Shown here: in pieces, positions 39,295 to 51,988 of the stretch
Position numbering within the stretch: the first letter of the stretch is position 1
Layout: every line of letters begins with the position of its first letter
From: an uncultured Lachnospiraceae bacterium
GTDB taxonomy: Bacteria > Bacillota > Clostridia > Lachnospirales > Lachnospiraceae
Reading direction: 5' to 3'
Length of the DNA stretch: 64,000 bases
NCBI GenBank assembly: GCA_947594855.1
Contig: CANQEL010000003.1
Coordinates: forward strand, 39,120 to 103,119
Notes under the pieces: generated by a model
Database searches by the model: none
What the model saw: the letters and a program-made list of their open reading frames with translations, nothing else
Told to the model about the DNA's origin: nothing
Translations under genes and position numbers: made by a program

Positions 39295-39807
39295 ATGTTA
39301 GATGCAAGAGTATGTGAATTATTAAATAATCAGGTAAATAAAGAGCTTTATTCGGCTTATCTTTATCTTGATTTTTCGATTTTTTATGCAGACAATGGTC
39401 TCGATGGATTCGCAAACTGGTACATGATTCAGGCTCAGGAAGAGCGCGACCATGCAATGCTGTTTTTACAGTATATGCAGAACAACGGATGTTCAGTAAA
39501 TCTCGAAGTTATTGACAAACCTGACAAAACTTTAAATGCGCTGAACGACCCGTTAAAAGAAGGACTTACTCACGAAAGATACGTTACGGAACTTATTCAC
39601 ACAATATATGACGTTGCAAATGACGTAAAAGATTTCAGAACAATGCAGTTTTTGGACTGGTTTGTTAAGGAACAGGGCGAAGAGGAAACCAATGCCGAAG
39701 GGCTTGTAAAGAAATTTGAGCTTTTTGGAGACGACCCAAAATCACTCTATATGCTTGATAAAGAACTTGGAGCAAGAGTATATTCAGCTCCGTCGCTGAC
39801 ACTGTAA
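39295..39807 (+). CDS. ftnA: non-heme ferritin
   Basis: NKELYSAYLYL...QAQEERDHA are ferroxidase-centre motifs. 170 aa. Confidence 0.9.
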   Translation: MLDARVCELLNNQVNKELYSAYLYLDFSIFYADNGLDGFANWYMIQAQEERDHAMLFLQYMQNNGCSVNLEVIDKPDKTLNALNDPLKEGLTHERYVTELIHTIYDVANDVKDFRTMQFLDWFVKEQGEEETNAEGLVKKFELFGDDPKSLYMLDKELGARVYSAPSLTL

Positions 39808-39824
39808 GATTAATAATTGGGTAA

Positions 39825-39857
39825 AAATTGGCTGGTCATTTAATGGCCAGCCAATTT
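39825..39857. terminator. bidirectional hairpin terminator between convergent genes
   Basis: AAATTGGCTGG/CCAGCCAATTT 11-bp stem flanked by A/T runs. Confidence 0.55.
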
Positions 39858-39880
39858 CTTATATTTAAGTTTTTTCATTA

Positions 39881-41269
39881 TTATTTTACCGTAACCTTAA
39901 CATAACATTTTTCTCCTGTAGTACGCAGCATTATACATATTTTTACTGTTCCTTTTTTAATTCCCTTTACAACACCTTTTTCGGTAACTTTCGCTACCTT
40001 CTTATTGCTTGAAGAATAAGAAAGTATGGATGGGTCGGGTGTTGCTTTCTGCAATTTACCGACTTTTATTCTGTCGCCGTATATCCGGGTTTTTCTATAT
40101 CCCTTTTTGATATGGACAACCGGATTTAGTGATATCTGCCCGTTCTTTTTTATTCTGACAGCCTTTTTTGCAGCTTTGAATCTGATAATGTCTGCCGCTG
40201 CATATTGTTTGGTTTTTCCCTTGTTTGTTACCTTAACCTTTGCGGAATATGTGTATTCCTTATTCTTTATTTTCTTTAAATAAGGAGCTTTTTTGATTTT
40301 TATATTACCGCCGTCACTTTTACCTGTAAATGCATGTCTGACAACAAGTACACTGTCAGGAAGCGTGATAGAATTCAAAGAATTGCAGAAAGTAAAAGCA
40401 CCGTTTTTGATTGATGTAAGACCAAATGGCAGCTTGATGCCTGTTATTCCGGTACATCCTGAAAAAGCACGCGCTTCTATGGTTTTAACTGTTTTAGGAA
40501 GTACTACATCTCCCTTCAGTGAAGTACAGTTCCAGAACGCCTCGCATCCTATAGTTGTTTCATTACCACCCCACGTAATTTCTTTCAGGCTTAAACAAAA
40601 TGCAAAAGTGCTTTCACTGATTTCCTTAACATTTGGCGGAATTACCGCTTTTTCAATATTGGTGTGAGAACAATTGGAAGTTGCGGTATATTCGCTATTG
40701 GATGAAAATGTGACTTCTTTAATAAATGAATTGTAAGAAAATCCGTAGCTTTTTTTAACAGTATCAGGTTCAGTATAGGAAATGTCAGTTTTTGCCGATG
40801 GATATACGGCAAGTACGCTCATATCCTTAGTGAAAAGTACTCCGCCTACTGAAGCAAGCTCTGGATTGTCCGAAGCTACGGTAATTGCTGTCAGGTTTGG
40901 CAAAGTGCTTTTTAGCGCACTATAAGTAGTCTCATCTGCTTTAATGCTTTTTGGAAGTGATATTTCCGTAATCGAATCAAGAGTCTGACCTCCGAAAAAA
41001 CGAATTTTTGTTACAGGCATACCTCCCAAAGTATCAGGAATAGACAATTTGCTTTCCTTTCCGTTATAGTATATAACAATTGCACTTTTCCCGGATGGCC
41101 CGTCTTCTGTGTCATAATAGAACCCGTTTTCTAAAGTATAATTAAAATCACCTATTTCGGTATAATATTCAAAAGTTCCAACAGGTGCTGCCGCAAAACT
41201 TGCAGGCGCGTCAAATAATAATACTGTAAATGCCGATAAAAATGTGAATAAAAAAAATATTTTTTTCAT
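39881..41269 (-). CDS. BspA-type leucine-rich-repeat surface protein with a C-terminal Big_2-like domain
   Basis: Signal peptide. Repeats of the type I.LP..(V/L)..I...AF..C.SL..I. C-terminus SSSNKKVAKVTEKGVVKGIKKGTVKI. Confidence 0.75.
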   Translation of the reverse strand: MKKIFFLFTFLSAFTVLLFDAPASFAAAPVGTFEYYTEIGDFNYTLENGFYYDTEDGPSGKSAIVIYYNGKESKLSIPDTLGGMPVTKIRFFGGQTLDSITEISLPKSIKADETTYSALKSTLPNLTAITVASDNPELASVGGVLFTKDMSVLAVYPSAKTDISYTEPDTVKKSYGFSYNSFIKEVTFSSNSEYTATSNCSHTNIEKAVIPPNVKEISESTFAFCLSLKEITWGGNETTIGCEAFWNCTSLKGDVVLPKTVKTIEARAFSGCTGITGIKLPFGLTSIKNGAFTFCNSLNSITLPDSVLVVRHAFTGKSDGGNIKIKKAPYLKKIKNKEYTYSAKVKVTNKGKTKQYAAADIIRFKAAKKAVRIKKNGQISLNPVVHIKKGYRKTRIYGDRIKVGKLQKATPDPSILSYSSSNKKVAKVTEKGVVKGIKKGTVKICIMLRTTGEKCYVKVTVK

Positions 41270-41394
41270 ATAAACTCTCCCCTACCTATTTAATATATTG
41301 TGTTTTAATTTTACAATAAAATATATACCATTTATAATATCATTTGTCAATAATATATATTACTAATGTATTTTTAATCAAAACATATTTATTA

Positions 41395-41895
41395 TCACTC
41401 AAATGCTTTTTTTATACTGTCGTAATGTAAAAATATTCCCTGTCTTGCAATTTCTTCTATCTCATTGCGGTTTACCGTCTTATAAGCAAGCGTCTCTTCT
41501 TCCTGCAGATGTATGTCAGATTCATCATAATCTAGTATAAATCTGTATACATCTACAAAATAATTATCGCCTGTACCCGGATTATCCCTTTTATATGTAA
41601 AAAGATATTCCGGAGCACAGCCTGACAAATCAAGTCCAGTTTCTTCCGACACTTCCCTTATAACGGCCTCTTCTGATGATTCTCCTGCCTTGACCGCACC
41701 GCCTGATACTTCCCACCAGCCTGGCGCCCATGCCTTTGTCATTACCCGCTGTGTAATAAGAAATCTTCCGTCAGGCTTTTTTACAACTCCCAGAACCGTA
41801 AGATGATACTCTCCATCTTTAAGACACCAATCATTTCTTTTCATCGTGCGGCCCGTAGGTTTCTTATCTGCATCATATATATCCCATAATTCCAT
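41395..41895 (-). CDS. NUDIX hydrolase
   Basis: Nudix box GGAVKAGESSEEAVIREVSEETG. Starting at MELWDIY avoids overlap with the upstream gene. Confidence 0.85.
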   Translation of the reverse strand: MELWDIYDADKKPTGRTMKRNDWCLKDGEYHLTVLGVVKKPDGRFLITQRVMTKAWAPGWWEVSGGAVKAGESSEEAVIREVSEETGLDLSGCAPEYLFTYKRDNPGTGDNYFVDVYRFILDYDESDIHLQEEETLAYKTVNRNEIEEIARQGIFLHYDSIKKAFE

Positions 41896-41912
41896 TGCAT
41901 ATCTCCTGGAAC

Positions 41913-43067
41913 TTAAGCAAGACATCCTGCAAGTTCTTTAATATCCTCTTTATTCTGCTCCGTAACAGTGGATTTTATCGTAACTGTTTTATCACATATA
42001 GTCATCTCTTTAAACTGTTCCAAAACAGCTCTCATTTGCTTTGCCGCCATAGGCGCCCATGTTCCGTTTTCTATAATGCCTACCGTTCTCTTTCCATAAT
42101 TTTTTGCCTTAAGATGATTAAGGAAATCTTCCATCTTAGGGAACAGGCCCGCATCATACGTAGGAGCCGCAAGCACCATGCTGCTGTATCTGAATGCATC
42201 TGATATAATATATGACATATCATCCCTTGCAAGGTCACGTACGCATACATTTACATTATTTTTCTTTAATTCGTCAGCCATTAAAAGAGCTGCTTCTTTT
42301 GTATTGCCATGAAGTGTTCCGTATACTACAAGCACACCTGATATTTCAGGCTCATATTTACTCCATATATTATATTTATCTATATAGTATCCAAGATTAT
42401 CCTTAAGCACCGGACCATGAAGCGGACATATCATGGAAATATCCAGGTTTGCCGCTTTTTTAAGCAGATTCTGCACCTGAACGCCATATTTACCGCATAT
42501 ATTAAGATAATACCTTGCAGCCTCAGGTGTCCATTCCTCTTCATAAAGAGGCGTTGTCCCAAATGTTCCAAATCCGTCTGCAGCAAACAGTACCTTTTCT
42601 TTCTGCTCATATTCAACCATAACTTCAGGCCAGTGTACCATAGGAGCCATTACAAAACTCAGTGTATGCTCTCCAAGTGATAATGTATCACCCTCAGCTA
42701 CAACAATTTTATTGCCGTCATTAAGCTCTATATCAAAGAACTGGCCAATCATATTAAATACCTTTGCATTTGATACAAACGTAATATCAGGGTACTTACT
42801 TACCAGCGCCCCAATGCTGCCTGCATGGTCAGGCTCCAGATGGGAGATAACCAGATAATCAGGTTTCCGTCCGCATAACGTTTCTGAAAGATTGGAAAGC
42901 CACTCCTCCGTCCTCCTGGCATCTACAGTATCCATTACAGCAACTTTTTCATCTAAAATAACATATGAATTATAAGTAATTCCGTCAGGTACCGGGTACT
43001 GGCCTTCAAATAAATCAATATCCTTATCTTCTACGCCTATATATTTAATATCTTTTGATACTTCCAT
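41913..43067 (-). CDS. A-type flavoprotein / flavodiiron protein (FprA family, no rubredoxin domain)
   Basis: Metallo-beta-lactamase-like di-iron motif SHLEPDH and a C-terminal flavodoxin-like domain (LVVYGTLHGNT). Confidence 0.85.
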   Translation of the reverse strand: MEVSKDIKYIGVEDKDIDLFEGQYPVPDGITYNSYVILDEKVAVMDTVDARRTEEWLSNLSETLCGRKPDYLVISHLEPDHAGSIGALVSKYPDITFVSNAKVFNMIGQFFDIELNDGNKIVVAEGDTLSLGEHTLSFVMAPMVHWPEVMVEYEQKEKVLFAADGFGTFGTTPLYEEEWTPEAARYYLNICGKYGVQVQNLLKKAANLDISMICPLHGPVLKDNLGYYIDKYNIWSKYEPEISGVLVVYGTLHGNTKEAALLMADELKKNNVNVCVRDLARDDMSYIISDAFRYSSMVLAAPTYDAGLFPKMEDFLNHLKAKNYGKRTVGIIENGTWAPMAAKQMRAVLEQFKEMTICDKTVTIKSTVTEQNKEDIKELAGCLA

Positions 43068-43094
43068 AACAATTCTCCATTCTGATATATTTAT

Positions 43095-44246
43095 TTACAG
43101 CTTTTTAAATTTCTTTTTCCTTTTCTCGGCCTTATCATCTGCCGATGTATCATCATAATCATGTCCGTTAAGAGAGGCATCAAACTGCTTAAGAAGCTCT
43201 TTCTGCTCGCTTGTAAGTCTGGAAGGAACCTCCACTACAAGCGTAACATAATGGTCTCCCCTCATTTTTTTGTTTCTTAACGAAGGAACTCCTTTCTCAC
43301 GCAGCCTTACACGCGTATCAGTCTGTGTTCCCGGCTTTACTGTATATATTACATCACCGTCAATAGTCGATATTCTCATATCACCGCCAAGCGCTGCCTT
43401 AGCATATGATATCGGAACAGTCGAATATATATCATAATCCTGACGCAGAAAGATTGGATGTCTGTCTACAAGAACCTCTACAAGAAGATCTCCCCTTCCT
43501 CCTCCGTTTGTTCCGGGCTCGCCTTTTTCACGTATACGTATACTCTGTCCGTTATCAATACCTGCCGGAACACTTACCTGTATTTTCTTTCTGCTTGACT
43601 TATATCCTGTTCCACGGCAGTCAGGGCATTTATCTGCTATTATTTTTCCTGTTCCATGACAGTCGGGACACGTCTGAACATTACGCACCATTCCAAACAT
43701 TGAATTCTGCGTGTACACAACCTGGCCTTTCCCTCCACATTTACTGCACGTTACAGGAGATGAACCGGGTTTTGCGCCTGTTCCGTGGCAGGTGCTACAT
43801 TCATCTTTCAGATTAAGCTCTATTTCTTTCTCACACCCGAAGCATGCCTCCTCAAACTTTATATGTATGGAGGTATGAAGATTCTGTCCGCGTCTTGGTT
43901 CATTTGCTGATCTCTGGCGGCTTCTTCCGCCCCCGAACAGGTCGCCGAATATATCGCCAAATATATCACCCATATCACCAAAATCAAAACCACCTGAAAA
44001 TCCTCCTGCGCCTCCATTTTCAAATGCTGCATGTCCAAACTGGTCATACTGGCGGCGTTTTTCAGGGTCACTAAGCACGGCATATGCCTCAGAAGCTTCC
44101 TTAAATCTGGCCTCTGCCGCTTTATCTCCCGGATTCATATCAGGATGGTTCTTCTTTGCAACAGCTCTATATGCCTTCTTGATTTCTGCGTCCGTGGCCG
44201 TCTTAGATACGCCAAGAACCTCGTAATAATCTCTCTTTTCTGCCAT
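43095..44246 (-). CDS. dnaJ: molecular chaperone DnaJ
   Basis: J domain with HPD. Four CxxCxGxG repeats ([32 protein letters not shown]). GGAGGT RBS. Confidence 0.95.
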   Translation of the reverse strand: MAEKRDYYEVLGVSKTATDAEIKKAYRAVAKKNHPDMNPGDKAAEARFKEASEAYAVLSDPEKRRQYDQFGHAAFENGGAGGFSGGFDFGDMGDIFGDIFGDLFGGGRSRQRSANEPRRGQNLHTSIHIKFEEACFGCEKEIELNLKDECSTCHGTGAKPGSSPVTCSKCGGKGQVVYTQNSMFGMVRNVQTCPDCHGTGKIIADKCPDCRGTGYKSSRKKIQVSVPAGIDNGQSIRIREKGEPGTNGGGRGDLLVEVLVDRHPIFLRQDYDIYSTVPISYAKAALGGDMRISTIDGDVIYTVKPGTQTDTRVRLREKGVPSLRNKKMRGDHYVTLVVEVPSRLTSEQKELLKQFDASLNGHDYDDTSADDKAEKRKKKFKKL

Positions 44247-44361
44247 ATTTACCTCCAAAAGGGATACACGCATATTAAGCCAGGCTAAGCGACTCAATAT
44301 GCTATATCCCCAAATAATATATCATAAATCTTAATCAACTGTATGTGACTGATGCTTAATA

Positions 44362-46248
<1,887 letters not shown>

Positions 46249-46262
46249 TTATATCAATATAA

Positions 46263-46880
46263 TTAATTAGCTACTTTTACCATGCTGCACCTTACCACAA
46301 CATCTTTATACATATACCCTTTCTGGAATTCTTCGGCAACCATATTCTCGCCAAGCGATTCATCCTCCACATGCATTACTGCATTGTGCATATTAGGGTC
46401 AAATTCCTTTCCGACTGCTTCTATGGCCTTAACTCCCATCTCTTCCAGGGTTGTAACAAACTGAGTATATATTTTATCCATTCCCTGAACAAAAGGATTC
46501 TCTTTATCCTCTTCGCTTATACTGTCAAAGCCTCTTTCAAAATTGTCTATAACAGGTATGATTTTTTCTATTATGGCTCTTACTCCCATTTCATACATTG
46601 CTGATTTTTCCCTGTCAGTCCTCTTGCGGTAATTATCATATTCAGCCATAAGCCTCATCAGCCTGTCATTAAGCTCTTCTATTTTAATGTCTTTCTTATC
46701 TTTTTTTTCTTTCTTTTCCTTTTTGGAAATTTTTTTATTCTTTGATGATGCTTCTTCTGATACCTCTTCTGAAGCTTCTCCCTCAGTCTGAACATCCTGC
46801 TTTTGTTCTTCTGTTTCTTCCTTAATCACTTCTTCAGTATCATTTTTTACATCAGTACTTTTCTCTTTATTATCAGCCAA
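46263..46880 (-). CDS. grpE: nucleotide exchange factor GrpE
   Basis: TTG start with GGAGG RBS. Acidic and Lys-rich N-terminus. C-terminal FDPNMHNAV...GY motif. Confidence 0.95.
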   Translation of the reverse strand: MADNKEKSTDVKNDTEEVIKEETEEQKQDVQTEGEASEEVSEEASSKNKKISKKEKKEKKDKKDIKIEELNDRLMRLMAEYDNYRKRTDREKSAMYEMGVRAIIEKIIPVIDNFERGFDSISEEDKENPFVQGMDKIYTQFVTTLEEMGVKAIEAVGKEFDPNMHNAVMHVEDESLGENMVAEEFQKGYMYKDVVVRCSMVKVAN

Positions 46881-46908
46881 TTTGTCAACCTCCTATTCAT
46901 TCTGTATT

Positions 46909-47937
46909 CTAATTTTTATTTTTAAATATATCATCAAGCTGTTTCATAGTGTTCTCAAGTGTATTAACCACCTTCTGATAATCCATGCGCTTTGGTCCGA
47001 CTATACCTATCTTTCCATATACTCCTTCTTCTATCTTATAAGTTGCAGTCACTACCGAACAGTCTTTCATCGCTTCAACATTAGACTCTTCTCCTATATA
47101 TACCTGAATTCCGTGTTCTTCATTGTTGTCCAGATTCATCAGGTTTCCTATGCCGGCTTTTTCTTCAAATGTTGTAAGAAGCTTAGTTGCCATTTCTTTA
47201 TCGCTGAGTTCAGGATATTTAAGTATATTAGTTGCCCCTGAAGTATAAAGGTAATCATCTTCTTCACTGACTGCTGCCGCAATCTCATCAAGTATCATGC
47301 CGATAATTTCCGAATACTGTCCTGCCTGTTCTTTCATCTTATGAATCAGCGCCATATTAATCTCAGTAAGGTCGAGACCGTTCAAGGCAGTATTCAAAAG
47401 GAAATTCATCTGCGGCAGTTCCTCTTTGTCAAATGGTTCCGATAGATTGATAAACCTGTTTTTAACTATATTTCCATCAATAACAACTACCACAAGCATC
47501 TGTGTATCAGACACAAGCGTAAGCTGTATAAATTTGACTTTCTTATGGACATATCTCGGTTTCGATACCATAGTTGCATAATTGGTATTCTCCGCAAGCA
47601 GCTTTGCAACCTGTTTCAGAACATTTTCAAGCCTGTCTGCCTTATTGACAAGAAGTTCTTTCATTTCATCTACTTCTCTGTCTTTCTTTTGAAGCATCGT
47701 ATCAACATACAGCCTGTATCCTTTATCAGATGGTATACGTCCTGCAGAAGTGTGAGGCTGGATAATATATCCCATGTCTTCCAAATCTGACATCTCGTTA
47801 CGTATTGTAGCTGAACTAAGATTAAGGTCAGTGTACTTTGAAATGGTTCTTGAGCCGACCGGCTCGCCGGTTGCCATGTAATTGCTGATAATAGCCTGAA
47901 GAATTTTTAATTTCCTCTCGTCAATTTCCACTATCAT
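46909..47937 (-). CDS. hrcA: heat-inducible transcription repressor HrcA
   Basis: LDERKLKILQAII...GEPVGSRTISK winged-helix N-terminus. I chose the start at MIVEIDERK so that the CIRCE element stays upstream of the CDS. Confidence 0.9.
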   Translation of the reverse strand: MIVEIDERKLKILQAIISNYMATGEPVGSRTISKYTDLNLSSATIRNEMSDLEDMGYIIQPHTSAGRIPSDKGYRLYVDTMLQKKDREVDEMKELLVNKADRLENVLKQVAKLLAENTNYATMVSKPRYVHKKVKFIQLTLVSDTQMLVVVVIDGNIVKNRFINLSEPFDKEELPQMNFLLNTALNGLDLTEINMALIHKMKEQAGQYSEIIGMILDEIAAAVSEEDDYLYTSGATNILKYPELSDKEMATKLLTTFEEKAGIGNLMNLDNNEEHGIQVYIGEESNVEAMKDCSVVTATYKIEEGVYGKIGIVGPKRMDYQKVVNTLENTMKQLDDIFKNKN

Positions 47938-47950
47938 CACACCTTTGTTG

Positions 47951-47977
47951 TTAGCACTCATTCAGGTAGAGTGCTAA
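47951..47977 (-). promoter_or_regulatory. CIRCE operator (HrcA binding site)
   Basis: Perfect TTAGCACTC-N9-GAGTGCTAA read directly at 47951-47977. Confidence 0.92.
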
Positions 47978-47989
47978 TTGTTTATAGAT

Positions 47990-48018
47990 AAGATAGCACT
48001 ATCTTTATTATTTGTCAA
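47990..48018 (-). promoter_or_regulatory. sigmaA-type promoter of the hrcA operon
   Basis: Minus strand TTGACA (48018-48013), 17-nt spacer, TATCTT (47995-47990). CIRCE lies immediately downstream. Confidence 0.5.
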
Positions 48019-48041
48019 GAGGTTATTTTACATATTTTTGA

Positions 48042-48076
48042 AACAAAAAACTGCCAGCCTGTTTACGGCTGACAGT
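48042..48076 (-). terminator. rho-independent terminator after secDF
   Basis: ACTGCCAGCC/GGCTGACAGT hairpin followed on the minus strand by TTTTTTGTTT. Confidence 0.6.
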
Positions 48077-48099
48077 CTTTAATATTATTTTATGAATAA

Positions 48100-50358
48100 T
48101 CAGTTAGATTCTACTTTCTTAAAACGCGTCTTAAGCTTATAATACAGCGTTCCTGCTACACATATTGAAGAATAACATCCAAATACTATACCTGCAAGAA
48201 GCGGTATTGCGAACTGCCTTACTGAATCCACGCCAAGTATTACAAGCATAAATACCATGAAGAAAGTAGTAAGGGAAGTATTAACGCTTCGGCTTATTGT
48301 CTGGTTAATACTAAGGTCAATAACTTCGGCAAGCTGTGCCTTTCCCGGCTTCATACGCGCATTTTCCCTTACACGGTCAAATACAACGATAGTATTGTTA
48401 ATTGAGTAACCTACTATTGTAAGCATACATGCAATGAATGTATTGCCGACAGATATCCAATTCTTAAATACTGCATATACCATAAGAACAACAATTACGT
48501 CGTGTATAAGAGCAAGAACCGAACTTGCTCCAAATCCGATATCCTTGAAACGTATCCATATATAGATAAGCATACATATTGAAGCAATAATTACGGCAAT
48601 AATCGCATCTTTTCTCATCTCGTCACTGACCGTAGCGCTTATGGTCTGCGTCTGTATATTGCCCTCCTGTATTTTATATTCAGAATTGATAAGGGCATCC
48701 GTAACGGCGTCATTTTCGTCCAGGGAAAGTTCTTTTGTCTTAACAAGTATTGCATTCTCACCCTCTACGTCAGATATCTCAATCTCATTCGTAGCAGTGT
48801 TTGATTTGAAAATATCCCCGATATTATTCTTAGCATCCTGGTCTATTACCGTACCTTCATCAAATGTTATCTGGGTTGATGTTCCGCCGACAAAATCAAG
48901 TCCATAGTTAAGAATCTGACCTGTAGTTGCTTTATTAACAATAAGCGCAACAATGCATATTGCAAACAGTATTCCTGAAAAAGCAAAATATTTGTATGTG
49001 TTCTTTACAAAATGTATCTTTGACGCTTCCTTCTGTACTCCGTAGAACTTAACATCATTAAGTCCAAGATTATAAAACGCCTTAAGTACAAGCTTTGATA
49101 TAACAAGCGCGGTAAACATTGATAATATAATACCTATTGCAAGCGTCTGTGCAAAACCTTTTACAGTACCTGAACCAAGGAACCACAATACCGCTGCAGC
49201 AATAAGCGTTGTAACGTTTCCATCCACAATTGCGGAGGTAGCTTTCTCAAAACCTATCTTAATTGCCGACTGAACCGTCTTGCCGGTTGCCAGTTCTTCC
49301 TTGATACGCGTAAATATAATTACGTTGGCGTCTACCGCCATACCTACCGACAGGATTACGCCGGCGATACCCGGAAGGGTAAGCGTAACATCCAGTCCGT
49401 TAATAGCGAGCATTACCGCTCCTATATAGAATATAAGCGCTATAGATGCTGCAACGCCCGGAATCCTGTAATATGCTATCATGAATATTATAAGGATTAT
49501 AAAACCGATTAATGCAGCGATAAGGCTTGTCTCAATAGCCTCGGCTCCAAGCTTTGCTCCTACAACATTATATCTTAATACATTAAGTTCAATAGGCAGC
49601 GCACCTATACGGATTGTCGTTGCAAGATAATCAGCCTCTTCAAATTCCTTAAAACCACCACTTATCTCACAGTGTCCTTCAGTAATAGGAGCCTGTACGT
49701 TAGGCGAAGATATAACCGTATTGTCATATACTATATGAATAGGCTCTTCGCCGTGGTTATACGCATACGTTGAAGCGTCTGCAAATTTATTGGCTCCGGA
49801 ACCTGTAAATTCAACATTAACTACATTTTCCGTTATACCTGTGGTCTGACGCGTTACTGTAGCTGCCTTAGCCGTATCAACATCCGAACCTTCGCATATT
49901 ATATCGCTAAACTGCACTCCGTCTTCAAATACTACCTGTCCCTCATCATTATATGAGTACTTATAATTCTTTATAGCTTCATTATATACATCGTTTGATA
50001 TGAAATACAAGGAGCCCGCAGTACCCATCTTTTCAAGAGCTTCACGAGGATTCTCGGCGTTAGGTATATCTACGTTAATCCTGTTCTCACCCTCTTTGTA
50101 TACCTGTGATTCGGTGTTGTAACTTTCAGCACGCTTCTGGAGCTTGTACACCGTATCGCTTATCTCTTCTTCGGTACAATCGTCCCTGACCGTTTCATAA
50201 GTAATACTTACTCCTCCTGCAAGGTCAAGTCCGAGAAGTATATTTTTGGCACTTCCCTTATGCTGTCTGCCAAGTCCTATAAATACAGCCACGGAAAACA
50301 GCACTACTACCGCTAATATTATTGCAAGATGCAATAACCCTTTTTTAATGTTTTTCAT
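48100..50358 (-). CDS. secDF: protein translocase subunit SecDF (fused)
   Basis: 752 aa. Large periplasmic-type loop followed by two sets of six-TM SecD/SecF modules (GLDLAGG, LGLDFVGG). Confidence 0.9.
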   Translation of the reverse strand: MKNIKKGLLHLAIILAVVVLFSVAVFIGLGRQHKGSAKNILLGLDLAGGVSITYETVRDDCTEEEISDTVYKLQKRAESYNTESQVYKEGENRINVDIPNAENPREALEKMGTAGSLYFISNDVYNEAIKNYKYSYNDEGQVVFEDGVQFSDIICEGSDVDTAKAATVTRQTTGITENVVNVEFTGSGANKFADASTYAYNHGEEPIHIVYDNTVISSPNVQAPITEGHCEISGGFKEFEEADYLATTIRIGALPIELNVLRYNVVGAKLGAEAIETSLIAALIGFIILIIFMIAYYRIPGVAASIALIFYIGAVMLAINGLDVTLTLPGIAGVILSVGMAVDANVIIFTRIKEELATGKTVQSAIKIGFEKATSAIVDGNVTTLIAAAVLWFLGSGTVKGFAQTLAIGIILSMFTALVISKLVLKAFYNLGLNDVKFYGVQKEASKIHFVKNTYKYFAFSGILFAICIVALIVNKATTGQILNYGLDFVGGTSTQITFDEGTVIDQDAKNNIGDIFKSNTATNEIEISDVEGENAILVKTKELSLDENDAVTDALINSEYKIQEGNIQTQTISATVSDEMRKDAIIAVIIASICMLIYIWIRFKDIGFGASSVLALIHDVIVVLMVYAVFKNWISVGNTFIACMLTIVGYSINNTIVVFDRVRENARMKPGKAQLAEVIDLSINQTISRSVNTSLTTFFMVFMLVILGVDSVRQFAIPLLAGIVFGCYSSICVAGTLYYKLKTRFKKVESN

Positions 50359-50531
50359 TACTCTGTATCTCCTTTATAAAACTAAGTAAAATATCAATAA
50401 TGAATTATAGCACATCATATGCCATTAATGCAACATTTAACATAATTAAAATAATAATGTAAAATTATTATAACACTTATATTTTTGCATATGTTATTAT
50501 TATATATTATACAGGAACGGAGAAATATAAT

Positions 50532-51980
50532 ATGAAAAGACAAAAAAGGTCAGGATATGACATTCCTTCTTTAATAGCAGTACTTATAAAACCTATTGCC
50601 ATATTAATAATATTTGTGCTTATGATAGTTATTGCCAAAGCGCTTAAATATCATTCACCTTTAAGCGTTTCCTATGTGAACGACCATATTATAACCTCTG
50701 AAAATATGCTTCCTACCGATACCAAACAGGCAGGAAGTCCTAAAAATCTCAAATCTGATGAAGACAATATTTATTATTCCGTTAATTACCCTGTTATAAA
50801 CAATGACGCTATCGACTATGTCCTAAAAAGCGATGTACAGAATATAATTGATTCCTATAAAAAAGACTACACTCCGGATAAACCCAAAAATAAATACCGG
50901 GCTGATATGACTATGGATTATGAGTCATATTTTGCCGGAAATTCGGTATTATCCGTAATGTACTATATACAATATTATACACCTTCTGATAAAAAACCTC
51001 TTCAGAAGATACATACCCATGTTTTCTCGCTTTCAGACGGAAGCAGACTGACATATGGAAACATTTTTACAGGTGATTATATTGAATTTCTGTCTCAGAA
51101 AATATCAGATTATCTTCTTGAAAAATTTAATATTAAAAACTATAAACCTGATATTAATTCATTAGACTTTACTCTTTCCGACCGCGGAATAACACTGTAT
51201 ATTGAACCGGGTATTGCCGCAAACGAAAAGTACGGCTGTATATGTATACCGGTATCTGCAAAAGAAATTGAACCTTATATGTCATATAATCCATACAAAA
51301 TAAGTGAAAACCCGTCAGAAGTGAGCCCTTTAACCTCACCGGAGCCAAGCGAGCCTGTAAAAACAATAGCTTTTACTTTTGATGACGGGCCGTCCACAAT
51401 AGCCACCGAGCATATACTTAACGTTCTTGAACAGTATAACTGCCATGCAACATTTTTCGTTGTAGGCAACAGACTCAGAGGCCGTGAAGCAACATTAAAG
51501 CGCGCTTATTCCCTCGGCTGTGAGATAGGAAGCCACTCTTTCGACCACGCATCGCTCGACAGCAAAAAAGCAAAAGAAATAAAGGCAGAATTTTCAAAAA
51601 CCAACGATATACTTATGGATATTCTCGGAATAAAAGCGCCCGTAGTCAGGACTCCTTATGGCTCACATACCAAAAAGGTACTTAAGTCAGTTAATTATCC
51701 TGTTATTTTATGGAGCATAGATACACTTGACTGGAAAACACGAACTGAAATAAAAAATGATAAAAAAGTCGCCAGAAAAACTGCATCTAAAATTGTAAAC
51801 AGTGTTTCTGACGGTGATATAGTACTTATGCACGATTTATATGAAGAAACTGCCAGTGCCGTAGAAATAGCAGTACCCAGGCTCATAAAGAAAGGATACC
51901 GCATTGTATCTGTTTCAGAGCTTATGCAGTATAAAGGGATTAAATTAAAACCTCACAAAGAATATTACAATGCAAAATAA
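50532..51980 (+). CDS. polysaccharide deacetylase (NodB homology domain) with an N-terminal anchor and a DUF3298/PdaC-like region
   Basis: TM anchor; NodB motifs FTFDDGP and HSFDH; LMHD near the C-terminus. Confidence 0.85.
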   Translation: MKRQKRSGYDIPSLIAVLIKPIAILIIFVLMIVIAKALKYHSPLSVSYVNDHIITSENMLPTDTKQAGSPKNLKSDEDNIYYSVNYPVINNDAIDYVLKSDVQNIIDSYKKDYTPDKPKNKYRADMTMDYESYFAGNSVLSVMYYIQYYTPSDKKPLQKIHTHVFSLSDGSRLTYGNIFTGDYIEFLSQKISDYLLEKFNIKNYKPDINSLDFTLSDRGITLYIEPGIAANEKYGCICIPVSAKEIEPYMSYNPYKISENPSEVSPLTSPEPSEPVKTIAFTFDDGPSTIATEHILNVLEQYNCHATFFVVGNRLRGREATLKRAYSLGCEIGSHSFDHASLDSKKAKEIKAEFSKTNDILMDILGIKAPVVRTPYGSHTKKVLKSVNYPVILWSIDTLDWKTRTEIKNDKKVARKTASKIVNSVSDGDIVLMHDLYEETASAVEIAVPRLIKKGYRIVSVSELMQYKGIKLKPHKEYYNAK

Positions 51981-51988
51981 ACAATAAA

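Noticed and set aside
47991-48004. Palindrome AGATAGCACTATCT overlapping the hrcA -10, resembling a CIRCE half-site (TAGCAC).
   Set aside because: It matches only half of the CIRCE arm and lacks the 9-nt spacer architecture. The true CIRCE lies 14 nt downstream.
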